In this document: positions 1 through 9,037 of the stretch, in pieces
How positions within the stretch are numbered: position 1 is the stretch's first letter
Layout: every line of letters starts with the position of its first letter
Origin: Fidelibacterota bacterium
Lineage (GTDB): Bacteria; Fidelibacterota; Fidelibacteria; Fidelibacterales; Fidelibacteraceae
Length of the DNA: 14,312 nt
NCBI GenBank assembly: GCA_034723415.1
Contig: JAYEOX010000088.1
Coordinates: 1 to 14,312, forward strand
Direction: 5' to 3'
Translations under genes and position numbers: made by a program
Notes under the pieces: generated by a model
The model's input: only the letters and a program-made list of their open reading frames with translations
The model's database searches: none
What the model was told of the DNA's origin: nothing

Positions 1-438
1 AAAGATACTACAAATAAAGATAAAAATACTACTAGTAAAGAAAAGAAAAAGCCTATTGCTGAAAAAAAGGAAAAATCTACTATTAAAAAAGCGAAAACTA
101 CTTATAAAGAAACTTCAATTATACATCAAATAAAGTCTGGTAACACACTTTGGGGATTGGCTGATAAATATTATGAAAATGCTCCATTGTGGCCAAATAT
201 ATATAGAATAAATATTGAAACAGTTTCTAATCCGGATATTATTTTATCTGGAAAGAGTATTGAAGTACCAAATTTAGGAGGAACAGGATATAATTTAACC
301 AAAAGAGATTCCTTTAATATTGCAGAAGGTTATTATCTGTCATATCTTGCGTATAAAAAATGCGGTAAGAAAAAAGCTAGTGAATTCTTGAGAATAGCAA
401 AAAGATTTAACACAACTGTTGAAAAAAATAAGAAATAA
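1..438 (+). CDS. LysM peptidoglycan-binding domain protein, paralog 1 (5' truncated by the window edge)
   Basis: Frame 1 is open from base 1 (KDTTNKDKNT...HQIKSGNTLWGLADKYYENAPLWPNIYRINIETVSNPDIILSGKSIEVP), a LysM pattern. It aligns without gaps to 772..1209, so the ORF-track TTG at 157 is internal. Confidence 0.85.
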   Translation, partial: KDTTNKDKNTTSKEKKKPIAEKKEKSTIKKAKTTYKETSIIHQIKSGNTLWGLADKYYENAPLWPNIYRINIETVSNPDIILSGKSIEVPNLGGTGYNLTKRDSFNIAEGYYLSYLAYKKCGKKKASEFLRIAKRFNTTVEKNKK

Positions 439-471
439 TTCTAACTACCAATACCAAACTAAGGAAATATT

Positions 472-1209
472 GTGGAAAAAAAAATTGATGTTGATGGTAA
501 TAGTGACAATAATGTATTCACCACTCCAAACAAATCTACAGAAGATATTGAAATATTTTTAGATAAGTATTTTAATCCACGAATTAAAACTATTGCTCAA
601 AACAAATCTACAGAAGATGTTATAACAAAGAAGCCATCAAAGAAATTCCCTTATATTCCGGTTTTTGGCTCATTGATCGTCATTTTAATACTATTTTTAT
701 TATTCCTATTCCTTAATAAAAATGAAAATAAACCTGCCTCTCCAATTCCCACTAAATTATCAATAGTAGAGAAAGATACAACAAATAAAGATGAAAACAC
801 CATTACTAAAGAAAAGAAAAAGCCTATTATTGAAAAAAAGAAAGAACCTGCTATTAAAAATACGGAAACTACTTATAAAGAAACTTTAATCACTCATCAA
901 ATAATAAAGGGTAATACACTCCGAAGTTTGGCTATCAAATATTATGATAATGCTCAGTTGTGGCCAAACATATACAGAAAAAATATTGAAACAGTTGCTA
1001 ATCCGGATATTATTTTATCCGGGAAGAGCATCGAAGTACCAAAATTAGAAGGAACGCAAAATAATTTAACCAAACAAGATTCTTTTAATATTGCAGATGG
1101 ATATTATCTGTTATATATTTCTTATAAGAAAAGTGATAAAAAAAAAGCTAATGAATTCTTAAAAATAGCGAAAAGATTTAACACAACTATTGAAAAGAAT
1201 AAAAAATAA
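472..1209 (+). CDS. Single-pass membrane protein with C-terminal LysM domain, paralog 2
   Basis: GTG start with AAGGA at 461-465; TM helix (IPVFGSLIVILILFLLFLFL); K/E/T-rich linker; LysM motif HQIIKGNTLRSLAIKYYDNAQLWPNIYRKN...NPDIILSGKSIEVP. Confidence 0.85.
   Translation: MEKKIDVDGNSDNNVFTTPNKSTEDIEIFLDKYFNPRIKTIAQNKSTEDVITKKPSKKFPYIPVFGSLIVILILFLLFLFLNKNENKPASPIPTKLSIVEKDTTNKDENTITKEKKKPIIEKKKEPAIKNTETTYKETLITHQIIKGNTLRSLAIKYYDNAQLWPNIYRKNIETVANPDIILSGKSIEVPKLEGTQNNLTKQDSFNIADGYYLLYISYKKSDKKKANEFLKIAKRFNTTIEKNKK
528..618 (+). repeat. 19-bp intragenic direct repeat AAACAAATCTACAGAAGAT (528-546 and 600-618)
   Basis: Exact copies 72 bp apart, both encoding NKSTED. Confidence 0.85.
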
Positions 1210-1222
1210 TTGAAAATATGAT

Positions 1223-1295
1223 GGGGAATTAGCTCAGTTGGGAGAGCATCTCGATGGCATCGAGGGGGTCAACGGTTCGAGCCCGTTATTCTCCA
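1223..1295 (+). tRNA. tRNA-Ala (anticodon GGC)
   Basis: Acceptor stem GGGGAAT/ATTCTCC with the G3:U70 alanine identity pair; D arm GCTC..GAGC; anticodon loop ATGGCAT; T loop TTCGAGC; discriminator A. Followed by CAA, so CCA is not encoded. Confidence 0.97.
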
Positions 1296-1339
1296 CAAAT
1301 AATAATGTTGAATACGAATATATTTAAACTAGTATTGTA

Positions 1340-3859
1340 TTAGATATTTATTTTTATTGTTAAATAATAATTTCTAACTGCGGCAGGCCAATAGACATCT
1401 ACTCTTGTATTTTTATCACTATAATAATTATATCCAAATGTTTCATAAAGTGTATCAAAAAGATTATTAATTCTAAGATCTATAATAGTTTCAAATCCTA
1501 AGATGTTTTGAAATTCAACTCTTGTTCCAATATTAAACAAATTATATTTGTTTATAGAAGCTGATTCAGTATTATTAAAATCAATATATTGTTTACCAAC
1601 ATGACTGTAATCAAACCAAATTTCAGTTGTTTTATATTTGTATGTAATTTTTCCGTTATATTGAATTTTTGGGTATGCCGGCATTGTTTTATTAGAATAA
1701 TCGGCGATTCCTCCCCAGCCACTCCAACCAAGTGAATCTCCAAAATACTCAACAAAATAATTATCTGAATAAGAAAAATTACCATTCAATTTCAAATGTT
1801 CACCAAATTTGCTTATAAACGAAAATTCAAGACCTTGATGAATACTCTTATCAGCATTTCCGTGTAATGCCTCTGTACTTCCCTCATTATACCGATATTC
1901 AATAGGAACTAATTCATTGCTAAATTGCATTCTGAATAAATTTAAAGATGCGCTTACATCTTTTTTATTATATTGAACACCAAATTCAGAATCGATTAAA
2001 AATTCTTCTTTGACTTTTGAAGTTACATATTCATTATCCATGCTTGATACAGCTGGCTCCATATCCGGTTCATCATGATCATATATATCACTATCTGAAG
2101 GTTCACGATGAGCAGTTGAAATATTACCAAAAATAGATAAATTATTTGAAAAATTATATCTAATTCCAAAATGCGGATCAAAAAAATCGTATTTTAACTT
2201 ATATTCATATCCGTTAGTAAAAGCTCCAATTACCTCCTGATCAAATTCATAACGATGTCCCAAATATTTTAAATCAACCATCGTTAATAAATTATCAGTA
2301 ATTTCAATTATTGAATGAATGTAAAATGAAAAACTTATCTTTTTACTTTCATCTGAATAATAACGATGAGTATCTGAAATAAAATTTACATTTTCTGCCT
2401 GTAAAACTTTTCCAAAATGATCAGCAGAATAATTTCTATAGTCGCCTCCAATAGTTATTTGTCCAAAATTTAAATTGTGAGAATAATGATAAACAGCTCC
2501 ATAATATCCATTTTTTAACCATTTTCTACGGATCAAATCTACTTCCTGCAAACTTGTATCTTGTACAATATCAGTTAAATTATATTCTGTTACGCTCCTA
2601 TCACCCTTAAATTGCTCATAATATCCATCACCTGACACTTTGTATAAAGTAATATTTAAAAGTCCGTTATTTTTAATTTTATGGTTGTGTTGTAATGAGA
2701 TAATTGATTGGGTAAACACATCTTTATTTGCATCATTAAATCCACCATTATATTCAGGATCAGCATAATAATTATATCTTCTGTCGTTTCGGTCATTCAA
2801 ATTATAACCATAATATGGAATTACTCCATCCCAAGAAAACATCGTCTCTTCAGAACCATGAATAATCTCAAATTGAGTTCTACTTTTCTCACTATTTTTT
2901 TCCATAGCAAATTGAAATGATTCTTGTTCCACTCCACTACCCTTTCTATATCCATTACTCAACAAATTACTATATCTTCCGAATACTACTAAATTTTTAA
3001 TATTTTCAGGTTTTTCTACAAAATGAAAAGAATATTTTTTGCTCGGCAAATCCAACATATCTTTATCACAATAATTTCCATATCCAAAAGTGCTTGTAAA
3101 TGCCTCTTCCATTTTATTATAATTTGTGGTCAAATTTACACTTCCGCCAAAAGCAGCCGAACCATAGAGAGAATTTGCTACTCCCCTTTGGATTTGAATG
3201 TTACTTACAGAAGAAGCAATATCACCATGGTCAACCCAATAGACAGAATAAGCTTCCGGATCGTTTAATGGAATTCCATTTAACATAATACTGATTCTAT
3301 TTTGTGAAAAACCACGAATTTTTAAATAAGAATATCCAACACCATTTCCTGCATCGGAATATGAAAATGTTCCCGGTGTATCACTTAACAATATCGGTAA
3401 ATCCTGATGTGAATGTTTACGATCTATATCACTTTTGTTCAATAGAGTAAAAGCAACCGGTGTTTTTCCTTCTATTGCTTTTGTTGCTGTAACTAAAATT
3501 TCTTCACTTGTCAATACAGAAGGTTTTAATAAAATTAAATTTTTAGTTTTTTTAACCACTATTGTTTTATTTTTATAGCCAATATGTGAAATTTTTAATT
3601 TTACCGGTAATTTTTCAACTTCTAATCGAAAATATCCAAATTTATTAGTAGCAGTTCCAATAGAATCACCATCTACTTGCACATTTACTCCAACAATTTG
3701 CTTATTTGTGATTTTATTCTTTACTGATCCGTTTACAAAATAATTATCAGCAAATAGAAAAGAAACCATTATGCAAAAAGCAATTATTAACTTTGTAAAA
3801 ACTGTAAATAATGAGCCTTTTGTTAAATTAGTATTAAAATTGTTTTTTTGATTCTTCAT
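1340..3859 (-). CDS. TonB-dependent outer-membrane receptor, probable thiamine (or precursor) transporter
   Basis: Signal-peptide-like N-terminus, CarboxypepD_reg-like domain (GSVKNKITNKQIVGVNVQV...GTATNKFGYF), plug motifs (IRGFSQNRISIMLNGIPLND; QIQRG...SLYGSAAFGGSVNL) and C-terminal INNLFD..Y motif. ATG at 3859 has GGAGG 5 nt upstream. The thiamine assignment rests on the upstream TPP riboswitch. Confidence 0.9.
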   Translation of the reverse strand: MKNQKNNFNTNLTKGSLFTVFTKLIIAFCIMVSFLFADNYFVNGSVKNKITNKQIVGVNVQVDGDSIGTATNKFGYFRLEVEKLPVKLKISHIGYKNKTIVVKKTKNLILLKPSVLTSEEILVTATKAIEGKTPVAFTLLNKSDIDRKHSHQDLPILLSDTPGTFSYSDAGNGVGYSYLKIRGFSQNRISIMLNGIPLNDPEAYSVYWVDHGDIASSVSNIQIQRGVANSLYGSAAFGGSVNLTTNYNKMEEAFTSTFGYGNYCDKDMLDLPSKKYSFHFVEKPENIKNLVVFGRYSNLLSNGYRKGSGVEQESFQFAMEKNSEKSRTQFEIIHGSEETMFSWDGVIPYYGYNLNDRNDRRYNYYADPEYNGGFNDANKDVFTQSIISLQHNHKIKNNGLLNITLYKVSGDGYYEQFKGDRSVTEYNLTDIVQDTSLQEVDLIRRKWLKNGYYGAVYHYSHNLNFGQITIGGDYRNYSADHFGKVLQAENVNFISDTHRYYSDESKKISFSFYIHSIIEITDNLLTMVDLKYLGHRYEFDQEVIGAFTNGYEYKLKYDFFDPHFGIRYNFSNNLSIFGNISTAHREPSDSDIYDHDEPDMEPAVSSMDNEYVTSKVKEEFLIDSEFGVQYNKKDVSASLNLFRMQFSNELVPIEYRYNEGSTEALHGNADKSIHQGLEFSFISKFGEHLKLNGNFSYSDNYFVEYFGDSLGWSGWGGIADYSNKTMPAYPKIQYNGKITYKYKTTEIWFDYSHVGKQYIDFNNTESASINKYNLFNIGTRVEFQNILGFETIIDLRINNLFDTLYETFGYNYYSDKNTRVDVYWPAAVRNYYLTIKINI

Positions 3860-3940
3860 TTTTTCCTCCGTCGGTATTACCCGTTTCAGGTTCAAAGGGT
3901 TTTATCTCAGTCGATTTATTGATCGACACCCCCAAAATTT
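3858..3940 (-). promoter_or_regulatory. TPP (THI-box) riboswitch
   Basis: Minus strand reads AAATTTTGGGGGTGTCGATCAATAAATCGACTGAGATAAAACCCTTTGAACCTGAAACGGGTAATACCGACGGAGGAAAAAAT. It has GGGG, P3 GTCGAT/ATCGAC, CTGAGA, ACCC, ACCTGA, P5 CGG-GTAATA-CCG and CGGAGG, matching the TPP consensus (Rfam RF00059). Confidence 0.95.
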
Positions 3941-3952
3941 CATTTACGTTAT

Positions 3953-3981
3953 AGTATATTAATTATATATTGGTTTGTCAA
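3953..3981 (-). promoter_or_regulatory. Sigma70-type promoter for the riboswitch-receptor transcript
   Basis: TTGACA (3981-3976), 17-bp spacer, TATACT (3958-3953); predicted TSS near 3946, just 5' of the aptamer. Confidence 0.8.
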
Positions 3982-4110
3982 GGAAATTCAAAATTTATTT
4001 GGAATTCTATCTATATTTAACTACAAATCCAGAGATCATGATATCAAAGTTACTAATTACCCCGTTGTATCTCACTACTTCCGTTTTCAATTTAAGTTAA
4101 AATTTCAAAT

Positions 4111-4145
4111 AAAAAAAAAGAGACAACAAAATTGCTGTCTCTTTT
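4111..4145 (-). terminator. Rho-independent terminator after gap
   Basis: Minus strand AAAAGAGACAGCAA-TT-TTGTTGTCTC followed by T9, about 20 nt after the gap stop codon. Confidence 0.85.
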
Positions 4146-4166
4146 AAATATAATTTTATTTACTAA

Positions 4167-5195
<1,029 letters not shown>

Positions 5196-5204
5196 TCAAC
5201 TTTA

Positions 5205-5233
5205 AGTATAGTAATATTTTCGTATTATAGCAA
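5205..5233 (-). promoter_or_regulatory. Putative sigma70 promoter for gap in the recX-gap spacer
   Basis: TTGCTA (5233-5228), 17-bp spacer, TATACT (5210-5205); same -10 hexamer as the receptor promoter. Confidence 0.55.
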
Positions 5234-5240
5234 CAAATTT

Positions 5241-5864
5241 CTAAATATTTTCATTATTAAACGAATTAAGAATTATTTCATAACGAAACCCTTTTCTGCT
5301 TAAATAATTATACAATTTGTTTTTTATGTTTTGATCATGTTTTTTTTCCAATAATATCTTCTTTTTCTTTAAATGAAATAAACAATTACTTAGAAAAATA
5401 TCATCATCTAAATTCTCAAGTAAATTATCTATTAAATCTCTGGATAATCCCTTCTGATATAATTTCTTTCTTATTATCATCATACCGGATCTTTTATTAT
5501 TTAATAATTCATTCAAATACATTTTACCAAATTTCTCATCGTCCAAATATCCATTTTCTAATAAGTATTCAATTGTTTTATCAATTACTTTTTCATCAAA
5601 ATCTCTTTGCTTCAACTTTGTCTTTAATTCATTTACACTGTGGTCGCGATAAGTAAGTAAAAAAAATGCCTTCTCTTTTGCTCTATCATATTCATTTTCA
5701 GAAATTATTTTTTCCAACTGCTTATCAGAAATTTCACTGCCTTCGACAAGAAAATATTTATCAATATAGATATTATCTAATGTAATTTTTCTGTTATTCG
5801 AAAAATGAATATCACAAATATTTGAATTTTTTTTGTGATAATATATTTTGATTATCTTATTCAT
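5241..5864 (-). CDS. recX: RecX regulatory protein (with N-terminal extension)
   Basis: Directly downstream of recA; motifs LLTYRDHSVNELKTKL, YLDDEKF, IRKKLYQKGL and YLSRKGF. Confidence 0.92.
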   Translation of the reverse strand: MNKIIKIYYHKKNSNICDIHFSNNRKITLDNIYIDKYFLVEGSEISDKQLEKIISENEYDRAKEKAFFLLTYRDHSVNELKTKLKQRDFDEKVIDKTIEYLLENGYLDDEKFGKMYLNELLNNKRSGMMIIRKKLYQKGLSRDLIDNLLENLDDDIFLSNCLFHLKKKKILLEKKHDQNIKNKLYNYLSRKGFRYEIILNSFNNENI

Positions 5865-5882
5865 TAAAGAAAAACGGATTAA

Positions 5883-6923
5883 TTATTTCTCTTTTTTTTG
5901 ATCTTTTGTATTTTTATTTGTCTTCTCACTAACTTCCAGCCCCAATGCCGACTTAACTTCATTAGCGACTTCATTTAAAACATCTTTATTTTCATCTAAA
6001 AATGTTTTTGTGTTCTCTCTACCCTGACCAATTCGTTCTTTGCCGTAACTATACCATGAACCTGATTTATCCACAATATCCAGAGTAACAGCTAAATCCA
6101 GAACATCGCCTGTATAACTGATTCCTTTTCCGTACATTATATCAAATTCCGTTTTCTTAAATGGCGGTGCGACTTTATTTTTTACTACTTTTACACGAGT
6201 TCTATTTCCAATTACATCAGAACCATCTTTTATTGATGTAACTCTTCTAATTTCTAATCTCAAACTCGTATAAAATTTTAATGCTCTACCACCGCTTGTA
6301 GTTTCAGGATTCCCGAATACAACTCCAATTTTCATTCTTATTTGATTAATAAAAACCACAGCAATATTTGATTTACTAACTGCTCCTGTCAATTTTCGTA
6401 ATGCCTGACTCATTAATCGTGCCTGAACTCCCATTTGGCTATCGCCCATATTTCCTTCTATTTCAGATTTCGGAGTCAAAGCAGCTACAGAATCAATGAT
6501 AATTATATCAATTGCATTACTTCTCACTAATGTTTCGGTAATTTCTAATGCTTCTTCTCCTGACCCAGGTTGAGAAACTAACAAATCATTAATATTTACA
6601 CCGAGATTTTTAGCATAACTTATATCCAAAGCATGTTCAGCATCAATAAAAGCGGCATTTCCTCCTGCTTTTTGTGCTTCTGCTATGCAATGCAAAGCAA
6701 GTGTAGTTTTCCCGGATGATTCCGGACCGTAAATTTCAGTCACTCTTCCTTTGGGAATCCCACCAATTCCAATTGCAATATCCAAACTTAAAGAACCTGT
6801 AGAAATTGTATCAATTTTTGTAATTGATTTGTCTCCTAATCGCATAATCGCACCTTTACCAAATTGCTTTTGAATTTGAGACATTGCCATATCTAATGTT
6901 TTTTCTTTATCTTGATTAGCCAT
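5883..6923 (-). CDS. recA: Recombinase A
   Basis: [11 protein letters not shown], Walker [37 protein letters not shown] and [11 protein letters not shown] motifs. ATG at 6923 with GAGGTG upstream. Confidence 0.99.
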   Translation of the reverse strand: MANQDKEKTLDMAMSQIQKQFGKGAIMRLGDKSITKIDTISTGSLSLDIAIGIGGIPKGRVTEIYGPESSGKTTLALHCIAEAQKAGGNAAFIDAEHALDISYAKNLGVNINDLLVSQPGSGEEALEITETLVRSNAIDIIIIDSVAALTPKSEIEGNMGDSQMGVQARLMSQALRKLTGAVSKSNIAVVFINQIRMKIGVVFGNPETTSGGRALKFYTSLRLEIRRVTSIKDGSDVIGNRTRVKVVKNKVAPPFKKTEFDIMYGKGISYTGDVLDLAVTLDIVDKSGSWYSYGKERIGQGRENTKTFLDENKDVLNEVANEVKSALGLEVSEKTNKNTKDQKKEK

Positions 6924-6976
6924 TTTTTTCACCTCTATTTTTTTGTTTTATATTATTAATTAAGTGTTAAAAAATA

Positions 6977-7004
6977 TTTCACGCCAAGTCGCAAAGACGC
7001 AAAA
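6977..7004 (+). repeat. Short degenerate 8-bp tandem repeat (CGCCAAGT CGCAAAGA CGCAAAA); related copy at 12198-12225 (-)
   Basis: GC-richer island in an AT-rich spacer; 20/28 positions identical to the reverse complement of 12198-12225 by manual alignment. Confidence 0.7.
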
Positions 7005-7106
7005 TCCTTAATATTTTATAATTTATAACATGTTCAGATAATCGTATATATTTTATGTAAATGATATACAAATATATATTTAAAATTGGTTTTTGTAATA
7101 TAGTCA

Positions 7107-7322
7107 TTATTGTCTATTACCCTTAACATTTTCCCAATCAGATAAAATTAAATCGTTTATATAATCATTAAAATTACTGTGAAACCAATCGTAAATATCA
7201 AACTCAATAAATTTAATAAAATGGTTTACTAAATCATTAGTGTTAACATTATCTGGTATAGATATATTTTGATCTTCTAATTCTTCCATAAACAATTGTT
7301 TTATATCTTCTCTGTTAATCAT
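7107..7322 (-). CDS. Hypothetical acidic 71-aa protein
   Basis: Only ORF in a ~570-bp spacer; protein-like composition; no recognisable family and no clear SD. Confidence 0.55.
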   Translation of the reverse strand: MINREDIKQLFMEELEDQNISIPDNVNTNDLVNHFIKFIEFDIYDWFHSNFNDYINDLILSDWENVKGNRQ

Positions 7323-7494
7323 TTAAGTATTCTTTTAAGTTTATTTTCATTTCTTTAATATTCAATTACTAAAACATTATAGTTTAATCATTTTTTTTAT
7401 AAATAAAAATATAAAACAATTATTTTTATTTGAAAAATATTAAAAATAAGTTATATTACAGATGAATTTAATAAAACAAAAAAGAGGTTTTAAA

Positions 7495-8691
7495 ATGATT
7501 CCAATCAAACCTGCAAAAAGAGTAAAAAATATTCATTATGCAATAAGAGAAGTTGTAGCTTTAGCAAACGAAATTAAGGCATCCGGTAAAAAAATGCACT
7601 ATTTAAATATAGGCGATCCTAATAAGTTTGATTTTGTTACTCCAAAACATATAACTGATTCAGTTGCAAAAGCAATGCAAGAAAATTTTAATGGATATTC
7701 GCCTGCATCCGGAATTGAAGCTGCTCGAGATGCAATCAAAAGACAGGCAGAAAGATCAAAAATAAAAAATATCAAAGATATAATTATCACAACCGGTGCA
7801 AGCGAAGGAATTGAATTGTCTATAACAGGATTATGCAATTCAGAAGATAATATTTTATTGCCATTTCCAAGTTATCCTCTTTACTCTGCAATATTAGGAA
7901 AATTGGAAGCCGAAGTGAATCCATATTACCTTAATGAGGACGATAATTGGAATTTAGATATTGAAGATATTGAAAAACGGATCAATAAACGAACAAAAGG
8001 AATAGTGATAATAAATCCAAATAATCCAACCGGAGCAGTTTATCCAAAAGAGACATTACTTGAAGTAATTGAACTTGCAAAAAAATATAATTTAGTTATT
8101 TTCAGTGACGAAATTTATGATAAAATTATTCTTGATGACACTAAATATACTTCTATGGCTTCATTAACAGATGAAGTTCCGATCGTTACTTTTAACGGAT
8201 TATCGAAATCATATATTGTTCCCGGATTCAGAATCGGCTGGGCAATTTACAGCGGTCCGGATGAATTAACAAAAGCTTATATTGCCGGAGTGAATAAAAT
8301 GGTTCGCTCACGACTATGCGCAAATCATCCGATGCAATATGCAATCCAACCTGCACTCGATGGTCCGCAAGATCATCTTATTGGAATGAAAAAGAAATTA
8401 AAAATTAGAAGGGACCTAACAATCTCGATGTTAAACGATCTTGATGAAATTTCTTGTACAGTTCCACAAGGTGCTTTTTATGCCTTTCCTTCATTATATA
8501 TACCAGAAGATGATGAAAAATTTGTTTCAGATTTGATCAGAGAAACCGGAGTAGTTACAGTTCATGGCTCAGGATTTGGTCAAAAGCCAAATACTAAACA
8601 TCTAAGAATAGTTTTCTTGCCAAATGAAAAAATATTAGAAGAAGCTTATGGAAAAATTAGAGAATTTGTTAAGAAAAGATATCATACTTGA
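7495..8691 (+). CDS. PLP-dependent aminotransferase class I/II (AlaA/AlaT-like)
   Basis: LNIGDP, IINPNNPTGAVY, SDEIYD and NGLSK (PLP lysine), GFRIGW motifs. ATG at 7495 preferred (AAGAGG at 7482-7487). Confidence 0.92.
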   Translation: MIPIKPAKRVKNIHYAIREVVALANEIKASGKKMHYLNIGDPNKFDFVTPKHITDSVAKAMQENFNGYSPASGIEAARDAIKRQAERSKIKNIKDIIITTGASEGIELSITGLCNSEDNILLPFPSYPLYSAILGKLEAEVNPYYLNEDDNWNLDIEDIEKRINKRTKGIVIINPNNPTGAVYPKETLLEVIELAKKYNLVIFSDEIYDKIILDDTKYTSMASLTDEVPIVTFNGLSKSYIVPGFRIGWAIYSGPDELTKAYIAGVNKMVRSRLCANHPMQYAIQPALDGPQDHLIGMKKKLKIRRDLTISMLNDLDEISCTVPQGAFYAFPSLYIPEDDEKFVSDLIRETGVVTVHGSGFGQKPNTKHLRIVFLPNEKILEEAYGKIREFVKKRYHT

Positions 8692-8718
8692 TACTTGATA
8701 TTTGATATTTGATACTTG
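8684..8718 (+). repeat. Heptamer tandem repeat (ATAYTTG)x5 containing the aminotransferase stop codon
   Basis: ATACTTG ATACTTG ATATTTG ATATTTG ATACTTG; TGA at 8689-8691 spans units 1 and 2. Confidence 0.92.
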
Positions 8719-8795
8719 CCACGAAATACACGAAAAATTTACAACGAATTTTGCTAATGATAACAAATGACAATGAATGACAACAAATGACCACA
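8719..8795 (+). repeat. Stacked short repeats: CACGAAATA/CACGAAAAA (8720-8737), then four AATGAYnnnn decamers (8756-8795)
   Basis: CCACGAAATACACGAAAAA, then CAACGAATTTTGCT, then AATGATAACA AATGACAATG AATGACAACA AATGACCACA. Confidence 0.85.
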
Positions 8796-8802
8796 TTAAA
8801 AG

Positions 8803-8870
8803 TGACTAACTCCGTCATTTATGGCGGAGGAAAAAAGAACACTCAACCAATCTCGGGCTTTAGCCCAAAA
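8803..8870. repeat. Bipartite REP-like element: hairpin CTCCGTCAT-TT-ATGGCGGAG (8810-8829) plus GGGCTTTAGCCC (8855-8866)
   Basis: Two GC-rich inverted repeats 25 bp apart in AT-rich DNA. The resemblance to REP elements of TnpA(REP)/IS200-like systems is from recall, not a search. Confidence 0.6.
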
Positions 8871-8916
8871 TAATTGAATAAAATTTTTATATGAATAAAA
8901 CAGAAATAAAATTAAT

Positions 8917-8987
8917 GCGGGTGTAGTTCAATGGTAGAACACTAGCTTCCCAAGCTAGATACGAGGGTCCGATTCCCTTCACCCGCT
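8917..8987 (+). tRNA. tRNA-Gly (anticodon CCC)
   Basis: Acceptor stem GCGGGTG/CACCCGC, discriminator U; anticodon arm CTAGC-TTCCCAA-GCTAG; T arm GAGGG-TCCGATT-CCCTT. Followed by CAA, so CCA is not encoded. Confidence 0.95.
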
Positions 8988-9015
8988 CAAATTTAGAATT
9001 ATAAAATTGTATTCG

Positions 9016-9037
9016 ACAAGGGAGCATGCTCTCTTGT
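9016..9037. repeat. Near-perfect palindrome ACAAGGGAGC-AT-GCTCTCTTGT (REP-like or terminator between convergent tRNA-Gly and DUF58 gene)
   Basis: 10-bp arms with one G:U pair on the + strand; lies between convergent genes; followed by TTGTGTG rather than a clean U-run. Confidence 0.65.

Noticed and set aside
1..1209. LysM duplicate as a DGR template/variable repeat pair
   Set aside because: Differences include many C/T changes at non-adenine positions, both copies are intact ORFs, and no reverse transcriptase is present.
1552..3288. Small ORFs 1552-1785, 2708-2920, 3023-3268 and 3100-3288
   Set aside because: Alternative-frame or antisense shadows inside the TonB-dependent receptor gene, with no motifs.
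3860..3895. ORF-track N-terminal extension of the receptor from TTG 3895
   Set aside because: Lies inside the TPP aptamer; ATG 3859 has a proper SD.
3985..4110. Possible sRNA between the gap terminator and the receptor promoter
   Set aside because: No convincing stable structure, promoter-terminator pair or recognisable family.
7025..7040. LexA/SOS box upstream of recA (AACATGTT palindrome)
   Set aside because: Does not fit GAAC-N4-GTTC or CTGT-N8-ACAG; an 8-bp palindrome is expected by chance in AT-rich DNA.
8684..8870. CRISPR array
   Set aside because: Units are 7-10 bp, heterogeneous and lack spacers; no cas genes.
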